Part shown: in pieces, positions 1 through 8,486 of the stretch | How positions within the stretch are numbered: position 1 is the first letter of the stretch | How the letters are laid out: each line of letters opens with the position of its first letter | Source: Armatimonadota bacterium | Lineage (GTDB): Bacteria; Sysuimicrobiota; Sysuimicrobiia; Sysuimicrobiales; Kaftiobacteriaceae | NCBI GenBank assembly: GCA_037440005.1 | Contig: JBBIUY010000024.1 | Location: 1 to 21,429, forward strand | Direction: 5' to 3' | DNA length: 21,429 bases | Made by a program: the position numbers and the translations under genes | Notes under the pieces: model-generated | Database searches by the model: none | Seen by the model: the letters and a program-made list of their open reading frames with translations, nothing else | Told to the model about the DNA's origin: nothing

Positions 1-858
1 CTGGATCAGGGTGTAGTCCCGGTGGGCGACGGCGTCCACGAACAGCTTGCCGATCCCGTTGAGGTTGAACACCTGCTCGGTCACCACCAGGCCGCCGATG
101 AGGAAGGCGAACTCCAGCCCCACCACCGCTACCACCGGCAGCAGGGCATTGCGCAGGGCGTGGCGGCGCACGACGACCGGGTGGGCCAGCCCCTTGGCCC
201 GGGCGGTGCGGACGTAGTCCTCCCGCAGGACCTCCAGCAGGGCCGAGCGGGTCATCCGGGTGGCCACCGCCGAATAGCGGTACCCCACGGCCAGGGCCGG
301 CCAGATCAGCTGCAGCAGGTTGGCCCGGGGATCCTGCCACAGGGGGGTGAAGGTCAGAGGCGGCAGCCACCGGAAGTAGGTGAGCAGAAACAGCAGCATC
401 AGGATCCCCAGCCAGAACGACGGGGTGGCCAGCCCGGCCACGCTGAAGACCTGGACGGCGTGATCCACCCACGTGCCGCGCCGGACCGCCGCCGCCGTCC
501 CCAGGGGCAGGGCCAGGGTCACCGCGATCACCGTGGCCAGCACCGCCAGCTCCAGGCTCAACTGCAACCGCAGCGCGATCTCCCGGGCGACGGGTTGGCC
601 GCTCCACATGGACACCCCCAGGTCCAGCCGCACCAGCCCCGTCATCCAGTCCACGAACTGACGCCCCAGGGACTTGTTCAGCCCCAGCCGGGCGCGCTCG
701 GCTTCCACCACCCCCGGGGTGACGAAGGTGCCGCCGCTGACCAGGCGCAGCTCCACGATGTCCCCGGGCACCACCCGCACCAGCACGAACACCAGGACCG
801 CCACCGCCAGGAAGGTGGGGAGGACGAGCAGCAGGCGCCGGATGACGAACCGGGTCAC
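1..858 (-). CDS. ABC transporter permease, DppB/OppB family (3' end runs off the left edge)
   Basis: Absent from the ORF track because no stop lies in the window. Read manually from GTG at 858: MTRFVIRRLLLVLPTF...VVPGDIV...TRSALLEVLREDYVRTARAKG (EAA loop)...FNLNGIGKLFVDAVAHRDYTLIQ. Lies directly downstream of a family-5 SBP gene. Confidence 0.93.
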   Translation of the reverse strand, partial: MTRFVIRRLLLVLPTFLAVAVLVFVLVRVVPGDIVELRLVSGGTFVTPGVVEAERARLGLNKSLGRQFVDWMTGLVRLDLGVSMWSGQPVAREIALRLQLSLELAVLATVIAVTLALPLGTAAAVRRGTWVDHAVQVFSVAGLATPSFWLGILMLLFLLTYFRWLPPLTFTPLWQDPRANLLQLIWPALAVGYRYSAVATRMTRSALLEVLREDYVRTARAKGLAHPVVVRRHALRNALLPVVAVVGLEFAFLIGGLVVTEQVFNLNGIGKLFVDAVAHRDYTLIQ

Positions 859-879
859 GGCGCGGGGCGACCCAGGCCG

Positions 880-914
880 GGGGCAGCCGGAGGACAAAGC
901 CCTCCGGCTGCCCC
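880..914 (-). terminator. Perfect 14-bp GC-rich hairpin between the SBP and permease genes (mRNA stabiliser or attenuator)
   Basis: GGGGCAGCCGGAGG (880-893) pairs with CCTCCGGCTGCCCC (901-914) around a 7-nt loop. No U-tract on either side. Confidence 0.65.
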
Positions 915-933
915 GACTGCCCTCACGTCCCTC

Positions 934-2541
934 CTACTCCGACAGCCAGACGTCCTGCAGGTCCTCCAGGTAGTGGGAGGGACCAACCTTGTAGCCCTGC
1001 AGGGTGGCCCAGTGGGGAATGATGCGCTTCCACCACAGGACGTAGATCTGCCACACGCGCTCGTCCAGCAGCCGCTTCTCGAACTGCCGGACCAGCCGCA
1101 GCCGCCGGGCCGGATCCTGCTCCCGGCTCTGCTCGGTGTACAGCCGGTCCAGGATGCGGTCGGTGTACCCGCCGTAGTTCAGCGGGCTCTTGTCGGCGGA
1201 CAGGAACTTCACCAGCTGGGCGTCGGGGTCGTCGTAGAAGTCGCAGTTGAAGTCCACGGCCGCGTCGAAGTTGCCCGCCCGCTCGTCGGCCAGGTAGGCC
1301 GCCGTCTCCTTCACCACGTGGCGCACGTTCAGGCCGATCTGCCGCCACTGGTCGATCAGGTAGATGGCCACGAACTCGTAGGGCATCTGGATGTTCCGGT
1401 TGAGCAGCTCGAAGGTGAACCCCTCGGGCACCCCCGCCTCGGCCAGCAGCCGACGGGCTTCCGCCCGGGCGGCGGCGATGTCGCGCCCGTAGCCGGCCAG
1501 CTTGACCAGGTCCTCCTCGGGGGTGGCGTAGGGCCCGCCCGGCCGCATGACCCCGCCCACCGGCTCGACGAAGGCGATCTGGGACAGCGCCCGGGAGCCT
1601 CCCCACCGGTCGATGGCCAGGGTCAGGGCGCGGCGGAAACGGGCGTCGTCAAACGGCCGCCGCCGGGTGTTGAACACCACGGTGTTGTTGCACAGCCAGC
1701 CGCTCTCCTGGACCCGGATCTTGTCCCCCAGGGCCCGCACGATCTCGTCCCGCTGGGCGGGCGAAAAGCCCCGGAACTCCACGTGGGCCTGGCCGCTCTT
1801 AATGGCGTTCACCTGGGCGGCGCCGCTGCGGATGAACAGGGCCCGGTACCCGTCCAGGTAGGGCCGCCCGCGGACGAAGTAGGTCTCGTTGCGCGCGCCC
1901 ACCCAGTGGGACCCCCGCACGTACTCCACGAACTTGAACGGTCCCGTGCCCATCACGTTGCGCTCGTACCAGTGGGGGTCCTGGGCCAGGATGTCGGCCT
2001 TGTAGATCCAGTTCCAGGGAGACGCCACGCTGGCCAGGAACGACGCCGACCGCCACTTGAGTGTGAAGACCACCGTGGCGGGGTCGGGGGCGTCCACCCG
2101 CTCCACCACCTCGTAGACGGCTTTGCGGGCGCTGACCACGTCCCCGGCGGGGAAGATGATCTTGTCGTAGCTGGCCTTGATGTCCCGCGAGGTGAGCAGG
2201 GAGCCGTCGTGGAACCGCACCCCCCGGCGGATCTTGAAGGTATACTTCAGGCCGTCGGGGGAGACGGTCCAGGACTCGGCCAGGTCGGGGACCACCTTCG
2301 GGTAGTTCAGCGGGTCGAACTTCACCAGCAGGTTGTAGTGGGGACGGGTGGGGTGGATCAGCGCGAACGTCGCCTCCCGGTGGGCGTCCAGCGAGGGAGG
2401 CTCGGCGGACACCACAAAGACCAGGGTCCCGCCCCGGCGCGGTGTCTGGGCGCCCGTGGGCGCCGCCACCAGCCACAGGACCAAGCCGGCCGCCGCGGCC
2501 ACCAGCAGCCCGCGGCTCCTCCGGCGCATCCGTCGGTGCAT
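934..2541 (-). CDS. ABC transporter substrate-binding protein, family 5 (peptide/nickel)
   Basis: Signal peptide, then RGGTL...EPPSLD, PDLAESWTVSPDGLKYTFKIRRGVRFHDG, GTGPFKF, RRALTLAIDR, QWRQIGLNV. Purine-rich RBS (GAGGAAGGAG) upstream. Confidence 0.95.
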   Translation of the reverse strand: MHRRMRRRSRGLLVAAAAGLVLWLVAAPTGAQTPRRGGTLVFVVSAEPPSLDAHREATFALIHPTRPHYNLLVKFDPLNYPKVVPDLAESWTVSPDGLKYTFKIRRGVRFHDGSLLTSRDIKASYDKIIFPAGDVVSARKAVYEVVERVDAPDPATVVFTLKWRSASFLASVASPWNWIYKADILAQDPHWYERNVMGTGPFKFVEYVRGSHWVGARNETYFVRGRPYLDGYRALFIRSGAAQVNAIKSGQAHVEFRGFSPAQRDEIVRALGDKIRVQESGWLCNNTVVFNTRRRPFDDARFRRALTLAIDRWGGSRALSQIAFVEPVGGVMRPGGPYATPEEDLVKLAGYGRDIAAARAEARRLLAEAGVPEGFTFELLNRNIQMPYEFVAIYLIDQWRQIGLNVRHVVKETAAYLADERAGNFDAAVDFNCDFYDDPDAQLVKFLSADKSPLNYGGYTDRILDRLYTEQSREQDPARRLRLVRQFEKRLLDERVWQIYVLWWKRIIPHWATLQGYKVGPSHYLEDLQDVWLSE

Positions 2542-2749
2542 GCTCCCACTCTCCTTCCTCTCCCCTATGTCCGGAGGCGGCGGAGGTCGATGCGCGCGGT
2601 GGAGAAAAGATGGGCCCCGGGCGCAGATCCCACGCCGTCGGCCCGGCGGATGTGCTGTCCCCGGCAGGGAGCCTTATGAGCGCACTACGACGGCCCGGCG
2701 CCCCTCTCCTGTCCCGCCGGCGCCCGGGCGGATGGAAGCGGGTGGGATC

Positions 2750-3988
2750 TCAGCCCACGCCCGCCGCGAACGCCTCCAGGGCCTGGGTGAAGCAGGCCAT
2801 GGGTGGGCGCACCAGGCCGGCGCCGATCTGCCCCACTCCGGGGCGGCGGTGGGCGATGCCGGTGTTGACCCGGGGCAGGATCCCGGTGCGCACCACCCTG
2901 CGGATGTCGATGCCGGTGGGCGTCCCCCGGAAGTCCAGCTGGGGGATGGCGAAGGCGGGGTTCTCGGCGACGGTGATCTCGTACATCTCCAGGGTCGCCT
3001 GCACGGCCATGGCCGGCGTGCCGCCCACGAACTTGACGATGGCCGGGGCCGCGGCCATGGCGAACCCGCCGATGCCGGCCGTCTCGGTGATGGTGCTGTC
3101 GCCGATGTCGGGGTTGGCGTCCCCCTGGCCGTAGCCCGGGAAGAACAGGCCCACGGGAACCTCCGCCGGAGCCGTAAACCACCGGTCGCCCAGCCCGCTG
3201 ACCCGGATGCCGAAGTCGGTGCCGTTGCGGGCCATGCAGGTGACCACCGTGGAGCGGGGGACGCCGTGGGCGGCGTCCAGGGTCGCCTTGCAGGCGGCCA
3301 TGACCGGGTTGAGCACGGCCAGGTCGTTCTCCGCCAGGTAGGTCATCACCGCCGCCGCGTCCTCGGCGGGACCGCTGCGGGCCAGGTGCGGCGCCAGCAT
3401 CCGGGCGAACAGGGCCGAGCCGGCCACGTTGCGGTTGTGGCCTTCGTCGCCCATGGTGAGCTGGCGGGCGATCAGGGCCTTCATGTCCAGCCCGCCGGCG
3501 CGTTCCAGCGCCCGGCCCAGCAGCGGGCCCGCCACGTCCCGCAGCCAGCGCAGACGGGCCAGGACGTCCTCGCTGTACGCGCCGTAGCGCAGGACCTTGC
3601 CGTAGCCCTCGTTGAGGGTGGAGAACGCCCGGGTGCCGAAGGGACGGTTCTCCACGATGTACACCGGCATGGAGGCGGTGGTGACGCCGGCCATGGGCCC
3701 CACCGCCTGGTGGTGGTGGCAGGGGGCGAACTCCACCTCTCCCCGCTCCACCACCGCCACCGCCTCGCGCTCGTCCCGGGCCAGCCCTTCAAACAGCAGG
3801 GCCCCGATCACCGCGCCCCGCAGGGGGCCCGACATCCGGTCCCAGGTGATCGGGGGGCCGGCGTGGAGGATCAGGGTGCGGCGCATGCCGGGGATGACGT
3901 CACCCGCCGGCGCCACCCCCACCAGCACCGGCTGGCTGTCCAGGATGCGCTGGACGGCGGTCTGATTGGCGTCGTCGATGGCGCCCAT
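2750..3988 (-). CDS. ylbE: YlbE/YahG family protein (DUF1116; AllG-like)
   Basis: LHAGPP, PCHHHQAVGPMAG, LNEGYGKVLRYGA, MGDEGHNRN, MARNGTDFGIR, DIGDSTITETAGIGG, PTGID, NTGIAH are family-typical blocks. Start is ATG 3988 or GTG 3997, downstream of GGAGGA. Confidence 0.9.
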   Translation of the reverse strand: MGAIDDANQTAVQRILDSQPVLVGVAPAGDVIPGMRRTLILHAGPPITWDRMSGPLRGAVIGALLFEGLARDEREAVAVVERGEVEFAPCHHHQAVGPMAGVTTASMPVYIVENRPFGTRAFSTLNEGYGKVLRYGAYSEDVLARLRWLRDVAGPLLGRALERAGGLDMKALIARQLTMGDEGHNRNVAGSALFARMLAPHLARSGPAEDAAAVMTYLAENDLAVLNPVMAACKATLDAAHGVPRSTVVTCMARNGTDFGIRVSGLGDRWFTAPAEVPVGLFFPGYGQGDANPDIGDSTITETAGIGGFAMAAAPAIVKFVGGTPAMAVQATLEMYEITVAENPAFAIPQLDFRGTPTGIDIRRVVRTGILPRVNTGIAHRRPGVGQIGAGLVRPPMACFTQALEAFAAGVG

Positions 3989-4057
3989 AGATCTCACCGG
4001 TCCTCCGGGTCCGGGATGACGGCAGACGGATGCCCCTCCCGGATCGCCGTGTGTCCT

Positions 4058-5821
4058 TCAGGCGTTGAGCTTGTCCAGCAGGTCCAGCAGCCTCCGGTCG
4101 CCCCCGGCCGGGGGCTGCCAGTCCACGTCCACCACCGGAACCCCCTGGTCCTGCAGGCTGCGGGCGAACATCTGCAGGCCCACGTTGACTACCCGGACAG
4201 GACGGTCCAACAGCGCCCGGACGCGGGACACGTCCGGCAGTCCTCCGGCCTCGCCCGCAGCCGGGACCTCGGCCGCCACCCGCTCGCGGCCGCTGCTGCC
4301 GGCGGCGTGGGCGATCAGGCCGGCCAGGCGCGCCGCCTGGGCGTTGGTGGCCTGGACGATGGCGCCGGCGTCCAGCAGGGCGGAGACCTGCGCCTGGTAG
4401 TCCTGCGGGTCGTCCTCGGTCCCGCACACCGAGACCACCACCGGCAGCCACCGGCCGGCGGCCCGGGCGCGCTCGCGGGCCTGGCGGATCGCCGGGGCCA
4501 GTTCCCGGGCCGGATCGGGGTGGGCCCCGTAGCCCAGCACCACGTCCAGCAGCAGCACGGCCACCTCGGGGTCGTCGGCCTCCCGCAGCATCCGCTGGAT
4601 CCGCAGGCTCTGGTCCAGCATCGGGTGGAGCCGCCCCACGGTGAACTCGTCGGCGCCCATGTCCACGACCGTGTGCTCCCGGCTGCGGGTGCCCGACTCC
4701 AGGGCGCGGTCCGGGTCCAGCGGGGTGTTGGACCACACGGGTCCCACGTACCGTTCCAGCAGGATCAGCGCCTCGTAGCACAACGTCCCCCCGCTGTACA
4801 ACCCCCGGACGTATTTCTGGGTCGGAGCCAGGCGGGCGGCCTCCTGCGCCGGGAGAGCCTCCCACTGGGGCCAGCGGGGGTCCCGGCCGGTCGCCAGCCG
4901 CACCGCCAGCCGGGCCGCGTCCTCCAGGGTCCGGGCCCCGCGCAGCGGACCTCCGTCGGCCACGGAAGCGCCCAAGAAGGCCACCACCACGGGCTTGGAA
5001 AGCGTGCGGGCCAGCCCCAGCAGCGCGGAGGCCACGTCGGGAGAGGGCGGCTTGCTGATCAGCACGATCACCTCGGTGCGGGGGTCGGCGGCCAGGGCCG
5101 CCAGAGCCGCACGGGCGGTCAGGCCGCCCACGTCACGATGCAGGTCCCGGCTTCCGGTCCCGAGGGCGTGGGAGATGCCGGCTCCCCCCTGGTGCACCAG
5201 GGACGCCACCTGCTGGATGCCGGTGCCCGCCGCGCCCACAATGCCCACCGTGCCCCGGCGCACGCGGTTGGCAAAGCCCAGCGCCGCCCCGCCCAGGATC
5301 GCCGTCCCGCAGTCGGGCCCCATCAGCAGCAGCCCGCGCGCCGCGGCGGCCTGCTTGAGGGAGATCTCGGCGTCCAGGGGCACGTTGTCGCTGAAGACCA
5401 TCACGTGCAGCCCCGCGTCCAGCGCCTCCCGCGCCACTCCGGCGGCGAAGCGCCCGGGGACCGACACCAGAGCCAGCGTGGCCCCCTCCAGCATCCGCGC
5501 CGCCGCTCCGACGGTGCGGGGGCGGTATTCTCCTTCCGCCGCCCGGCGCGGCTGCGTCAGCAGCGCCTGGGCCCGCTCCAGCGCCGCCGTGGCGGCCTGC
5601 TCGCTGTCCGCCCGCACCACCAGGATCAGGTCGTTGGGCCCGGCGGCCTCCACCTCGGGGGTCAGCAGGCCGGCGTCCCGGAGCAGCTCTTTGTTGGCGT
5701 CGGTGCCCATCACCGCCCCGGCCTCCTGCACGCCCGGCAGCTCCCTCACCTCCCGCTGCACCAGCATCAGCGCCACCGAGTCGGCGTAGGCGCTGGGCTT
5801 GACCACGCTGCGGACGATCAC
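4058..5821 (-). CDS. fdrA: FdrA family acyl-CoA-synthetase-like protein (AllF-like), 587 aa
   Basis: GTG 5821 follows GGAGGTG. Motifs YADSVALM, MGTDANK, FSDNV, MGPDCGT, GLYSGGTLCYE, GRLHPMLD, LLDVVLGYGAHPDP, and C-terminal VVNVGL...DWQPPAGG. The ORF-track extension to 6112 overlaps the divergent gene and is rejected. Confidence 0.93.
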   Translation of the reverse strand: MIVRSVVKPSAYADSVALMLVQREVRELPGVQEAGAVMGTDANKELLRDAGLLTPEVEAAGPNDLILVVRADSEQAATAALERAQALLTQPRRAAEGEYRPRTVGAAARMLEGATLALVSVPGRFAAGVAREALDAGLHVMVFSDNVPLDAEISLKQAAAARGLLLMGPDCGTAILGGAALGFANRVRRGTVGIVGAAGTGIQQVASLVHQGGAGISHALGTGSRDLHRDVGGLTARAALAALAADPRTEVIVLISKPPSPDVASALLGLARTLSKPVVVAFLGASVADGGPLRGARTLEDAARLAVRLATGRDPRWPQWEALPAQEAARLAPTQKYVRGLYSGGTLCYEALILLERYVGPVWSNTPLDPDRALESGTRSREHTVVDMGADEFTVGRLHPMLDQSLRIQRMLREADDPEVAVLLLDVVLGYGAHPDPARELAPAIRQARERARAAGRWLPVVVSVCGTEDDPQDYQAQVSALLDAGAIVQATNAQAARLAGLIAHAAGSSGRERVAAEVPAAGEAGGLPDVSRVRALLDRPVRVVNVGLQMFARSLQDQGVPVVDVDWQPPAGGDRRLLDLLDKLNA

Positions 5822-5895
5822 AGGACACCTCCCCAACCCCAGACAGTGTTCCAGGTGGACCGGGTCCTTCCCTGTGCCGATCGCGGGCCGCCCCA

Positions 5896-5924
5896 TTGCC
5901 AGATCGCGCCCGTTCCGGCACACT
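5896..5924 (+). promoter_or_regulatory. Putative sigma70-type promoter for the DUF3105 gene
   Basis: TTGCCA (5896-5901), 17-bp spacer, CACACT (5919-5924). ATG at 5934 has no SD, suggesting a near-leaderless transcript. Confidence 0.4.
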
Positions 5925-5933
5925 AAAAGAAAT

Positions 5934-6551
5934 ATGCGCCCGTCGGGAAGACAGCCGGCGCACTCGCCCGCTGGCACAAAAGACGCCCGCCGCCTCGCCC
6001 GCCAGCAGCGCCGGGCGGCGGAGGAGCAGGCCCGGCGCCGCCGGGCCCGGCGGCGGACGCTGCTCGTCCTCGGCGCCGGGGCGGTGCTGGTGGCCGCGGT
6101 GGGGTGGGGCATTTGGGCGGCGACCCGACCGGCCCCGGCCCTACCGGTGGTGGTCTATCCCGACCAGGGCCGAGACCACGTGGCGCCCGGGCAGCCGCAT
6201 CCGCCCTACAACTCCAACCCTCCGACCTCCGGGTGGCACTACGGTCAGGCGGCGTCGTGGGGATTTTACGCCACCGAGCTGCCCGACGAGCTGGTGGTCC
6301 ACAACCTGGAGCACGGGGGCATCTGGATCTCCTACCGGGACGCCTCCGACCGGGAGCTGGTGGACCGCCTGGCGGCCCTGGCGCGCCGGTACCGGTCCAA
6401 AGTCATCGTCACCCACCGGCCGGCCAACCCCGCCCCCCTCGCCGTGGCGGCCTGGGGCCGCCTGATGCTGCTGAACCGCTACGACGAGGCCGCCATCACC
6501 GAGTTCATCCGCCGCTTCCGCAACAGAGGCCCGGAGTTCGTCCCCGACTGA
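5934..6551 (+). CDS. DUF3105 domain membrane-anchored protein, 205 aa
   Basis: Arg-rich N-terminus and one TM helix, then QGRDHV, YNSNPPTSGWHY, VHNLEHGGIWISY, AAWG and C-terminal GPE. Start set at ATG 5934. Confidence 0.88.
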   Translation: MRPSGRQPAHSPAGTKDARRLARQQRRAAEEQARRRRARRRTLLVLGAGAVLVAAVGWGIWAATRPAPALPVVVYPDQGRDHVAPGQPHPPYNSNPPTSGWHYGQAASWGFYATELPDELVVHNLEHGGIWISYRDASDRELVDRLAALARRYRSKVIVTHRPANPAPLAVAAWGRLMLLNRYDEAAITEFIRRFRNRGPEFVPD

Positions 6552-6572
6552 GGGTCGGCACTTCCCGGGCGT

Positions 6573-8486
6573 CTACTGGGCTACGTCCTGCGGGGGCGGA
6601 CCCGTCCACCCCCGCCAGGCGGGCCCGGGAAGCTCCGCGCCGGGACGGACCCGGGCGCGCAGGTACAGGTCGAACCACTCGAGCATGTCCAGAAGCATTT
6701 GACGCACGTTGGGCAGCGAGAGGACGTAGTAGTTTTCGCCCGGGTAGGTCTTGTAGCGGAACGTCTTGTACTGCCGCTGCAACGCCCGGGCGAACTCCAG
6801 TCCGGCGTCCGACCACGGCCACTTCCCCTCGCCGTGGAGGACGAAGCAGGGGGTGGTGGCCTGGGCCACTTTGTAGATGGGCGAGCAGCGGTAGTACACG
6901 TCCTCGTTGCCCTCGAACGCGCCGAACTCGTACTCCAGCAGCTTGACGTGCCGCAGTTCCAGCTCCCGGACGTGGCGCACCCAGTTGGCGTACCCCGAGC
7001 ACGCCACGGCCGCCTGAAACGCCCCCGGCGCGAAGCACACGGCGGACATGGTCAGGCAGCCCCCGTAGCTGGTGCCGGTGATGCCGGTGTGCTCCGGGTC
7101 CACCTCGGGCAGCGTCGCCAAAAACGCCTTGCCGGCGAGGGCATCCTGCAGGTCGCCGCCGCCCCAGTCGCGGTTGTTGAGGTCTTCGAACGCCTTCCCG
7201 TACCCGGAACTTCCCCGCACGTTGGGCAGCAGCAGCGTGTAGCCCACCGAGGCGAAGAACTGCACCGCGGGCTGGAAGGTGTCCAGGAACTGGGACGTGG
7301 GACCTCCGTGGATCCACAGGATGCCCGGGCTGCGCTCCCCGGGTTGGAGTCCCCGCGCCCGGTACAGGTAGGCGGAGATCTGCAGCCCGTCCGTGCTGGG
7401 GTACCTGACCTTCCGGGGGCGGACCAGGTCGTCCCTCTCCGACACCGGCAGCACCGGCCGGGCGTCTCCCGTCCCCACGTCCACGACCCACAGGGTCTGC
7501 GGCGCCGTGGGGGTCTGGAACAGGTAGCACAGGCGGCGGCCGTCGGGCGACCAGTGGGGAAATGCACACACCCCCTGGTCGGGCGCCACCAGGACCCGCG
7601 GGGACCCGCCGTCCACGCTCGCTACCCGCAGGTCCAGGGTGCCGTCGTGGTTCTCCACGTAGGCCACCTGGCGGCCGTCGGGAGACCAGGCCGCCTCTGA
7701 CTGGTCGGCGGCCGCTGGCGCCAGGGGCCGGGGCTCCCCGCCTGCCAGCGGGACCAGGTAGTAGTTAAACCACCCGCTGCGCTGCGACCGGAACAGGACC
7801 CACCGGCCGTCGGGGGACACCAGGGGGAAGCCGAACGTGCGCCCGTAGTGGTAGTCGAACATGTCCGTGTCCCGAACCAGGACCCGGGGGTCGGAGCCGT
7901 CGGCGCGCATCACGACGACCTCGTGATCGGTCCAGGAGTGGTTGAGCCGCACATAGAGGATCGAGCGCCCGTCGGGCGTGAAGGTGGGATAGACCTCGTA
8001 GCGCTCGTCCCGGGTGAGCCGACGGGCCTCGCCGCCGGGCACGCTCACCGTCCAGATGTCGTAGCTGCCGTAGCGGTTGCCGGCCAGGACGATCTGGCGC
8101 CCGTCGGGGGCCCAGCGCATCGCCTCGATGTCGGCCCCCAGCCGGGTCAGCCGCAGGTCCGGACCGCGGCCGGTCCACAGCCAGACCTCCGGTGTGCCGC
8201 TCTTGCTGGACAGGTACGCCACGGCATCGCCGGCGGGCGACCACTGGGGCATCCGCATCCCCAAAAAGGGAATGTCGCCCATCCCGGTGGTCAGGCGCAC
8301 CGCCTGGCTGTCGTCCGGACGGACGGCCCACAGTTCGGGCTGCCCCGACCGCGCCGAGGCGACCAGGATGGTCGATCCGTCCGGAGACCACTGGGGCGGC
8401 TCCGGCAGCACCGCCGGCTGCGCCGCCAGGATGCGATCCAGCACGACCTCGGGGGCGTCGGGGACCAGTCTGCCTGTCACGCTCAT
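6573..8486 (-). CDS. S9 (prolyl oligopeptidase/acylaminoacyl-peptidase)-like protein with non-canonical triad, 637 aa
   Basis: ATG 8486 follows AAAGGAGG and overlaps the upstream stop (ATGA). Repeated WSPDG (PD40-type propeller) motifs, then IHGGP, NVRGSSGYG, GTSYGG. The Asp and His positions read HGEGK and YPGENY. Confidence 0.9.
   Translation of the reverse strand: MSVTGRLVPDAPEVVLDRILAAQPAVLPEPPQWSPDGSTILVASARSGQPELWAVRPDDSQAVRLTTGMGDIPFLGMRMPQWSPAGDAVAYLSSKSGTPEVWLWTGRGPDLRLTRLGADIEAMRWAPDGRQIVLAGNRYGSYDIWTVSVPGGEARRLTRDERYEVYPTFTPDGRSILYVRLNHSWTDHEVVVMRADGSDPRVLVRDTDMFDYHYGRTFGFPLVSPDGRWVLFRSQRSGWFNYYLVPLAGGEPRPLAPAAADQSEAAWSPDGRQVAYVENHDGTLDLRVASVDGGSPRVLVAPDQGVCAFPHWSPDGRRLCYLFQTPTAPQTLWVVDVGTGDARPVLPVSERDDLVRPRKVRYPSTDGLQISAYLYRARGLQPGERSPGILWIHGGPTSQFLDTFQPAVQFFASVGYTLLLPNVRGSSGYGKAFEDLNNRDWGGGDLQDALAGKAFLATLPEVDPEHTGITGTSYGGCLTMSAVCFAPGAFQAAVACSGYANWVRHVRELELRHVKLLEYEFGAFEGNEDVYYRCSPIYKVAQATTPCFVLHGEGKWPWSDAGLEFARALQRQYKTFRYKTYPGENYYVLSLPNVRQMLLDMLEWFDLYLRARVRPGAELPGPAWRGWTGPPPQDVAQ

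Noticed and set aside
22..2679. 885-aa + strand ORF
   Set aside because: Antisense shadow of the SBP and permease genes. His/Gln/Gly-rich with no motifs, as expected for high-GC codon bias.
4010..4043. Hairpin between fdrA and ylbE (TCCGGGA/TCCCGGA) as a terminator
   Set aside because: Short interrupted stem with no U-tract between two functionally linked genes. At most a stability element.
2348..5926. 1192-aa + strand ORF
   Set aside because: Antisense shadow of ylbE and fdrA, with no recognisable domain.
7540..8400. Recurring CCGTCGGG/GACCA motifs as a DNA repeat array
   Set aside because: These are codons for the WSPDG propeller repeats of the S9 protein, not CRISPR or non-coding repeats.
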